A DNA stretch of 64,000 nucleotides from an uncultured Planctomycetia bacterium (lineage in GTDB: Bacteria > Omnitrophota > Gorgyraeia > 2-02-FULL-51-18): NCBI GenBank assembly GCA_964606485.1, contig CAZSGP010000003.1:2481-66480 (forward strand), in the 5' to 3' direction. A program made the translations under genes and the position numbers. Every line of letters starts with the position of its first letter. Position 1 is the first letter of the stretch. Below, piece after piece: positions 59,464-64,000 of the stretch. Below the pieces are notes generated by a model, which was not told the origin of the DNA, ran no database searches, and was given only the letters and a program-made list of their open reading frames with translations.

Positions 59464-61782
59464 GTGAATCCTGAAAAACGCAGTGAAGTTATCGCTTTTT
59501 TTTGGCTAGTACTTTCAGCAATCATTTTTATTTCACTCGTCTCATATACGGCCACCGACGTTTCTTTCGAGGTTTCTGCAGCCAATTACCCTCCGCATAA
59601 CTTTGCTGGAATTTTTGGCGCACATGTTGCCTGGTTTTTAATCTTATTATTTGGAAAAGCAGCCTACTTTTTAGTGCCCTTGTTCTTGTTGTGGTCCTTG
59701 TTGCAGTGGGCCGGAAAAAAAAGTCAGCGTGCGTGGCTCAAAGTTTTTACGTCTGTTGTTTTTTTTGGATCGGCTTGTGCACTTTTTTCGCTGATCGCCA
59801 GCGAATCTGACGTTTCAAAATTTCAATCCGGTGGCATCATTGGCTACTTCGTTGGTTATTTCTTAAATAATGTTTTTGGGCATTCTGGTATCTTTGTCGC
59901 GTTCTCTTTATTTTTGTTATCCGTAATCTTGGCGTCTGAGATGCTGCTCTTGCAGGTGGCGGGTGGTTTGTTTGGCCGCATGAAAACCATTGCCGCGCCA
60001 GTGTTTTCAAAAAGCCGCTTAGCATCCGACAATCCCAAGTCGATGTCCGTTCAATCTACTGTGATTCCCAAGAAGACATCAGAACCAACCAAGCCACAGA
60101 TTAAGCTCAATACACCTGCTCCCATGAAGGCGCCAGAGCCTGTTCCAGCGAAGCCAGCCATTAAGTTGAATATCCCAAAAATTTCAATGCCGAAACCTGA
60201 AAAGCCCATCGAGGCTAAAGTTGAGGCTAAGCCCAAATCGTCCGATTCTCAACCAGTGATGGCCTCGGAGCTTCCAAATGAGGACGGTGGAAGCTACCGG
60301 ATACCTGGAGTGGATTTGCTGGAGTCTCCGCCGGCTATCGACCAAACTAAATTAAAAGGGGATTTAGAGGCCACCTCTAAATTGCTCGAAGACACGCTGA
60401 CTGATTTTGGAGTGGAGGCAAAGGTGGTTGAGGTGGAGCAGGGCCCCACCATTACCCGTTACGAACTTCAGCCTGCCGCCGGTGTGAAAGTCCAAAAAAT
60501 TACTTCGCTTGAAAATGATATCGCCCGCGCCATGCGCGCGACCAGTGTTCGAATTGTGGCACCAATCCCAGGAAAGGACCGCGTTGGTATTGAAGTTCCC
60601 AATAGTTCTGCTGCTACGGTATATTTTCGAGAGATGATCGCTTGTCCCGAATTTAAAACTGAAGGCTCTAAAATAGCATTTGCCCTTGGCAAAGACACGG
60701 CCGGCGCTCCGATTGTTTGCAATTTGGCGGACATGCCGCATTTACTAATTGCGGGCGCGACCAATACCGGTAAAAGTGTTTGCATCAACACACTTATCAC
60801 CAGCATGCTGTACCGCTCAACGCCGGATGAGTTAAAACTTCTTTTGATTGACCCTAAAATGGTCGAACTTCATTTTTACAATGATCTCCCGCATCTCATC
60901 TGTCCTGTTGTTACGGATAAATCCAAGGCCCCCGGTGCATTGGCTTGGCTGGTCGCTGAAATGGAGCGCCGGTACAAAGTGCTATCTAAAGTGGGGGCTA
61001 AAAATATTTTGTCGTTTAATGAAAAAGTTACCAATAAATCCATTGATCCGAAGGTGCTGGCCATTACACCTGAGAATCAGGATGAACCAATTGTAATCCG
61101 CAAAATGCCTTATATTGTTGTGGTGATCGACGAACTTGCCGATCTCATGATGTCTTCGGCTAATGAAGTCGAAACAGCAATCACAAGACTCGCTCAGCTG
61201 GCTCGCGCTGTGGGTATACACATGGTGCTCGCGACACAAAGACCTTCGGTGGACGTCATTACCGGTGTGATTAAAGCTAATTTCCCGGCACGCATCGCTT
61301 TTCAGGTTGCCTCAAAGGTTGATTCGCGCACTATTTTGGACGAGAACGGAGCTGATAAATTATTAGGTCGGGGGGACTTGCTATTTATGGATCCCCGCAA
61401 GTCCAGAGTGATTCGCGCGCAAGGCGCTTGGGTGCAGGATAAGGAAATTGAAAAAATTACCACGTTTATTAAAAATCAACGCAAACCCGCTTACACCGAA
61501 AATATTTTACAAACAGAAGTTAAAAAAATGGCGCTCGGCGATTTCAAGAAAGATGAAGTCTATGATGAGGCCAAGCGCGTGGTTTTGGAAACGGGTCAGG
61601 CGTCGGTTTCCATGGTTCAGCGCAGGCTGGGGCTTGGTTACACTCGTGCAGCGCGTCTCATCGACATGATGGAAGAAGAGGGTGTTGTTGGGCCTTATCG
61701 GGGTGCCAAACCGCGCGAGATTTTAGTGGAGCGTCCAAATGCCTCAAAACAGCAAGCGGGCAATGAAAGCTTAGAGGCTTAA
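59464..61782 (+). CDS. ftsK: DNA translocase FtsK/SpoIIIE.
   Basis: Four N-terminal transmembrane helices, a Pro/Lys-rich linker, Walker A GATNTGKS and a gamma winged-helix domain. Confidence 0.9.
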   Translation: MNPEKRSEVIAFFWLVLSAIIFISLVSYTATDVSFEVSAANYPPHNFAGIFGAHVAWFLILLFGKAAYFLVPLFLLWSLLQWAGKKSQRAWLKVFTSVVFFGSACALFSLIASESDVSKFQSGGIIGYFVGYFLNNVFGHSGIFVAFSLFLLSVILASEMLLLQVAGGLFGRMKTIAAPVFSKSRLASDNPKSMSVQSTVIPKKTSEPTKPQIKLNTPAPMKAPEPVPAKPAIKLNIPKISMPKPEKPIEAKVEAKPKSSDSQPVMASELPNEDGGSYRIPGVDLLESPPAIDQTKLKGDLEATSKLLEDTLTDFGVEAKVVEVEQGPTITRYELQPAAGVKVQKITSLENDIARAMRATSVRIVAPIPGKDRVGIEVPNSSAATVYFREMIACPEFKTEGSKIAFALGKDTAGAPIVCNLADMPHLLIAGATNTGKSVCINTLITSMLYRSTPDELKLLLIDPKMVELHFYNDLPHLICPVVTDKSKAPGALAWLVAEMERRYKVLSKVGAKNILSFNEKVTNKSIDPKVLAITPENQDEPIVIRKMPYIVVVIDELADLMMSSANEVETAITRLAQLARAVGIHMVLATQRPSVDVITGVIKANFPARIAFQVASKVDSRTILDENGADKLLGRGDLLFMDPRKSRVIRAQGAWVQDKEIEKITTFIKNQRKPAYTENILQTEVKKMALGDFKKDEVYDEAKRVVLETGQASVSMVQRRLGLGYTRAARLIDMMEEEGVVGPYRGAKPREILVERPNASKQQAGNESLEA

Positions 61783-61788
61783 AAATTT

Positions 61789-62577
61789 ATGAGTCTAACC
61801 ATTGGAAATGCACTCAAGGAAGCGCGCAGTAAAAAAGCGATTACGCTCGAAGATGTACACTCTAAAATAAAAATTCACCCGCGAGTACTTCAGATTCTTG
61901 AAGAGGGAAAATTTGAAAAGCTTCCTGGACCTGTTTACGTCAAAAGCTTTTTAAAGGCTTATGCTGAATTTCTTGAAATTAACGGAGAGGATTTGGTTCG
62001 TTCCTATGAAAAAGAAGGGGTGGCGGCTCCCGCTCAGACCATTTACCTTCAGAACACCGATCAAAAAGACAAAGAGGCGAGCGCAATTACTTTCTCTAAA
62101 ATTTTACCAGCGCTTTCAACGTTTCTGGTTGTCGCAGCACTCGCAGCATCCATTTATTACGTGATTGATGTTTCTAGCCGGAAAAATCAATCCACCGTAA
62201 CTGGCGCAAAGCCCGTTGCCGTGGCGGCTAGTTCCAAAAAGACCGTAAAAGCACCTGCTCCTACTAAATCCAATATGCTTCGAAGCCCGGATCAAGAAAA
62301 CTTCCCTCGGATTAGCGAAGAGATGCCAATTGAGCTCAAAGTGAAGGCCTCAGACAATGTCTGGCTTCATGTGACTTGTGACGGAAAAGTTTTGTTTCAG
62401 TCCACGCTTAAACGCGGCGCGCGAGAAGTTTGGGTTGCGCAAAAATCCATTGAACTTCGAACCGGAAACGCCTCCTTGATGACGCTTTCGGTTAACAATA
62501 CCTCGCTCGGATCTCCCGGTAAAGGTTCCGCCAAAAAACTACTCATCACGCGCGACGGCGTCCAAAAACTCCAGTGA
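61789..62577 (+). CDS. rodZ: RodZ-like cytoskeleton protein (HTH-XRE, transmembrane helix, DUF4115).
   Basis: N-terminal HTH, a single transmembrane helix, and a C-terminal beta-rich domain matching the DUF4115 pattern. Confidence 0.7.
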   Translation: MSLTIGNALKEARSKKAITLEDVHSKIKIHPRVLQILEEGKFEKLPGPVYVKSFLKAYAEFLEINGEDLVRSYEKEGVAAPAQTIYLQNTDQKDKEASAITFSKILPALSTFLVVAALAASIYYVIDVSSRKNQSTVTGAKPVAVAASSKKTVKAPAPTKSNMLRSPDQENFPRISEEMPIELKVKASDNVWLHVTCDGKVLFQSTLKRGAREVWVAQKSIELRTGNASLMTLSVNNTSLGSPGKGSAKKLLITRDGVQKLQ

Positions 62578-63908
62578 ACGTTCACCTAACCAGTCTTGGC
62601 TGCGCCAGGACCCTGGTGGATTCAGAAGTCGCTCTAGGATCTCTCAAAAAAGACGGCTACACAATTGTGCGCGGCATTGACCAAGCGGACATTGCCATCG
62701 TCAACACCTGCGGGTTTATTGAAGATGCAAAAATGGAATCCATTGAAGCTATTCTTGAATTATGTGAATTGAAAAAGCAGGGCAAGATCAAAGCCGTTGT
62801 GGTGCTGGGCTGTTTGGCCCAGCGGCATGGGGGAGAGCTTCAGAAAGAACTCGACGAGGTAGATGCCATTGTGGGCACCAACAATTTCGGAGATTTGTCG
62901 CGAGTCCTTGAGCCTCTCAAGAAGAAAAATGGAAAAGTATTTGAAGTTACTGCCAAACCGTATTATCTCCTCGACGAAAATTCCCCCCGTTTTTCTCTGA
63001 CTCCGGAGCATTACGCTTACATTAAGATCTCTGAAGGCTGTATCAATGCCTGCTCGTACTGCATGATTCCAAAAATGAAGGGCACTCATCGCTCGCGGAC
63101 CGTAGAATCGATTGTGAGTGAGATAAAAAAAATTACCTATGAAAGAGAAATTTCTGAAATAAATCTAATCGGCCAGGACACCGCGGCTTTTGGTTTTGAC
63201 CGAAGCCGAACGTTTGAACTCCCACGGCTTTTGAATGAGGTAGCGGCCCTCGGTAAGGCGGAATGGGTGAGACTGCTTTACGCACACCCTGGCCACGTGA
63301 CCAATGAAATGATTGATGCGATTGCTCAGAACCCTTCGATTTGCAAGTACGTGGATTTTCCAATCGAACACAGTCACGATGACATGCTCAAGCGCATGAA
63401 CCGCGGCGTGGATCGTCAAAAAATGGAGTGGGGAATCGAGACCTTGCGTAAAAAAATTCCGGGTGTTGTGATCCGGACTACCGTCATTGTTGGTTTTCCT
63501 GGGGAGACCGAAGCAGAGTTTAAGGATTTAATGAAATTTTTAAAAGAAGTCCGTTTTGAGCGTCTCGGAACCTTTAAATTTTCAAATGAAGAAGGGTCGC
63601 GCGCTTCGTCAATGCCGGATCACATCTCCGAAGAAGTTAAAGAGGCCCGCTATCATGCGGTGATGGCTCAACAGATGGAAATTTCAAAAGAGCTCAACAA
63701 GCCCTATCTTGGAAAAACGATTAAAGTCTTAATTGACGAAGCAATTCCCAATAAAAAAAATGCGTATCTCGCGCGAACCGAGGGTGATGCGCCGGATGTG
63801 GATAATCAGGTCACCGTCACCTCCGACACAAAGTTAAAACCGGGTCAGTTTGTAAACATGCGTGTGGAAGAGGCGCTGGAGTATGACTTGGTAGGGAGAG
63901 CGGTTTGA
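62574..63908 (+). CDS. rimO: Ribosomal protein S12 methylthiotransferase RimO (radical SAM MTTase).
   Basis: N-terminal LGC.....DSE cysteine triad (one Cys is replaced by Arg in LGCARTLVDSE), a radical-SAM CxxxCxxC and a TRAM domain. Confidence 0.8.
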   Translation: MNVHLTSLGCARTLVDSEVALGSLKKDGYTIVRGIDQADIAIVNTCGFIEDAKMESIEAILELCELKKQGKIKAVVVLGCLAQRHGGELQKELDEVDAIVGTNNFGDLSRVLEPLKKKNGKVFEVTAKPYYLLDENSPRFSLTPEHYAYIKISEGCINACSYCMIPKMKGTHRSRTVESIVSEIKKITYEREISEINLIGQDTAAFGFDRSRTFELPRLLNEVAALGKAEWVRLLYAHPGHVTNEMIDAIAQNPSICKYVDFPIEHSHDDMLKRMNRGVDRQKMEWGIETLRKKIPGVVIRTTVIVGFPGETEAEFKDLMKFLKEVRFERLGTFKFSNEEGSRASSMPDHISEEVKEARYHAVMAQQMEISKELNKPYLGKTIKVLIDEAIPNKKNAYLARTEGDAPDVDNQVTVTSDTKLKPGQFVNMRVEEALEYDLVGRAV

Positions 63909-64000
63909 TCAATCTCGCTAATTTTTTCACGTATTTGAGAATTGTGCTCACGGCCTTTTTTATGATTTGCGTTTTTTTAGAGGGTTTTTGGTTTAAGCTA
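63905..64000 (+). CDS. 5' fragment of a CDP-alcohol phosphatidyltransferase-like membrane protein, possibly pgsA; partial at the window edge.
   Basis: TTG start overlapping the rimO stop. The INLANFFTYLRIVL pattern resembles the PgsA N-terminus. Confidence 0.3.
   Translation, partial: MINLANFFTYLRIVLTAFFMICVFLEGFWFKL

Noticed and set aside
60050-60260. Repetitive Pro/Lys/Ala-rich nucleotide pattern that looks like a tandem repeat.
   Set aside because: It lies within the FtsK linker region between the membrane and motor domains. Low-complexity PK-rich linkers are normal for FtsK. It is not a repeat element or CRISPR.

Overview
This 64 kb window is a gene-dense stretch of bacterial chromosome, about 48-50% GC by eye. 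Almost everything is on the + strand; only rpmB and one hybrid histidine kinase read on the - strand. Many neighbouring genes overlap start-on-stop (ATGA, TTGA, GTGA), which suggests long co-translated operons. The content is mostly housekeeping.

Gene blocks in order:
- A 5' run of small conserved genes: DUF167/YggU, a class I glutamine amidotransferase, a PqiA-like membrane protein, pirin, DUF423, RidA, cyclophilin and DUF493.
- DNA repair and recombination: family-4 uracil-DNA glycosylase, yebC-ruvC-ruvA-ruvB, recJ, recG, ligA, xerD and ftsK.
- Queuosine tRNA modification and protein export: queA, tgt and yajC-secDF, with two uncharacterised genes inserted between queA and tgt.
- A two-component pair (response regulator plus cytoplasmic PAS hybrid histidine kinase) reading into a Bacillus-type sdhCAB operon, which is followed by a small membrane protein, an MqnD-like futalosine-pathway enzyme and an AMP-forming acyl-CoA synthetase.
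- rplM-rpsI, then an uninterrupted biosynthetic supercluster: argC-argJ-argB-argD-argF-argG-argH, then lysA-dapF-dapA-dapB-dapL (the LL-diaminopimelate aminotransferase route), then folK-panC-panD and an aspartate-dehydrogenase-like gene.
- An ECF sigma factor, tRNA-Pro(CGG), a Nudix hydrolase, a stand-alone MGMT-like C-domain, an acylphosphatase, then rbfA-truB-ribF-rpsO-pnp-dut, ftsK, rodZ and rimO.

I see no transposases, phage genes, CRISPR arrays or recognisable defence or toxin systems. The candidates for something new are modest. They are a stand-alone secretin-domain protein, the two genes inserted into the queA-tgt operon, a PqiA-like/zinc-ribbon/membrane coiled-coil trio, a near-leaderless consensus promoter at argC, and the way the biosynthetic operons are fused. 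All functional calls come from reading the translated ORFs against remembered family motifs. No database search was possible.
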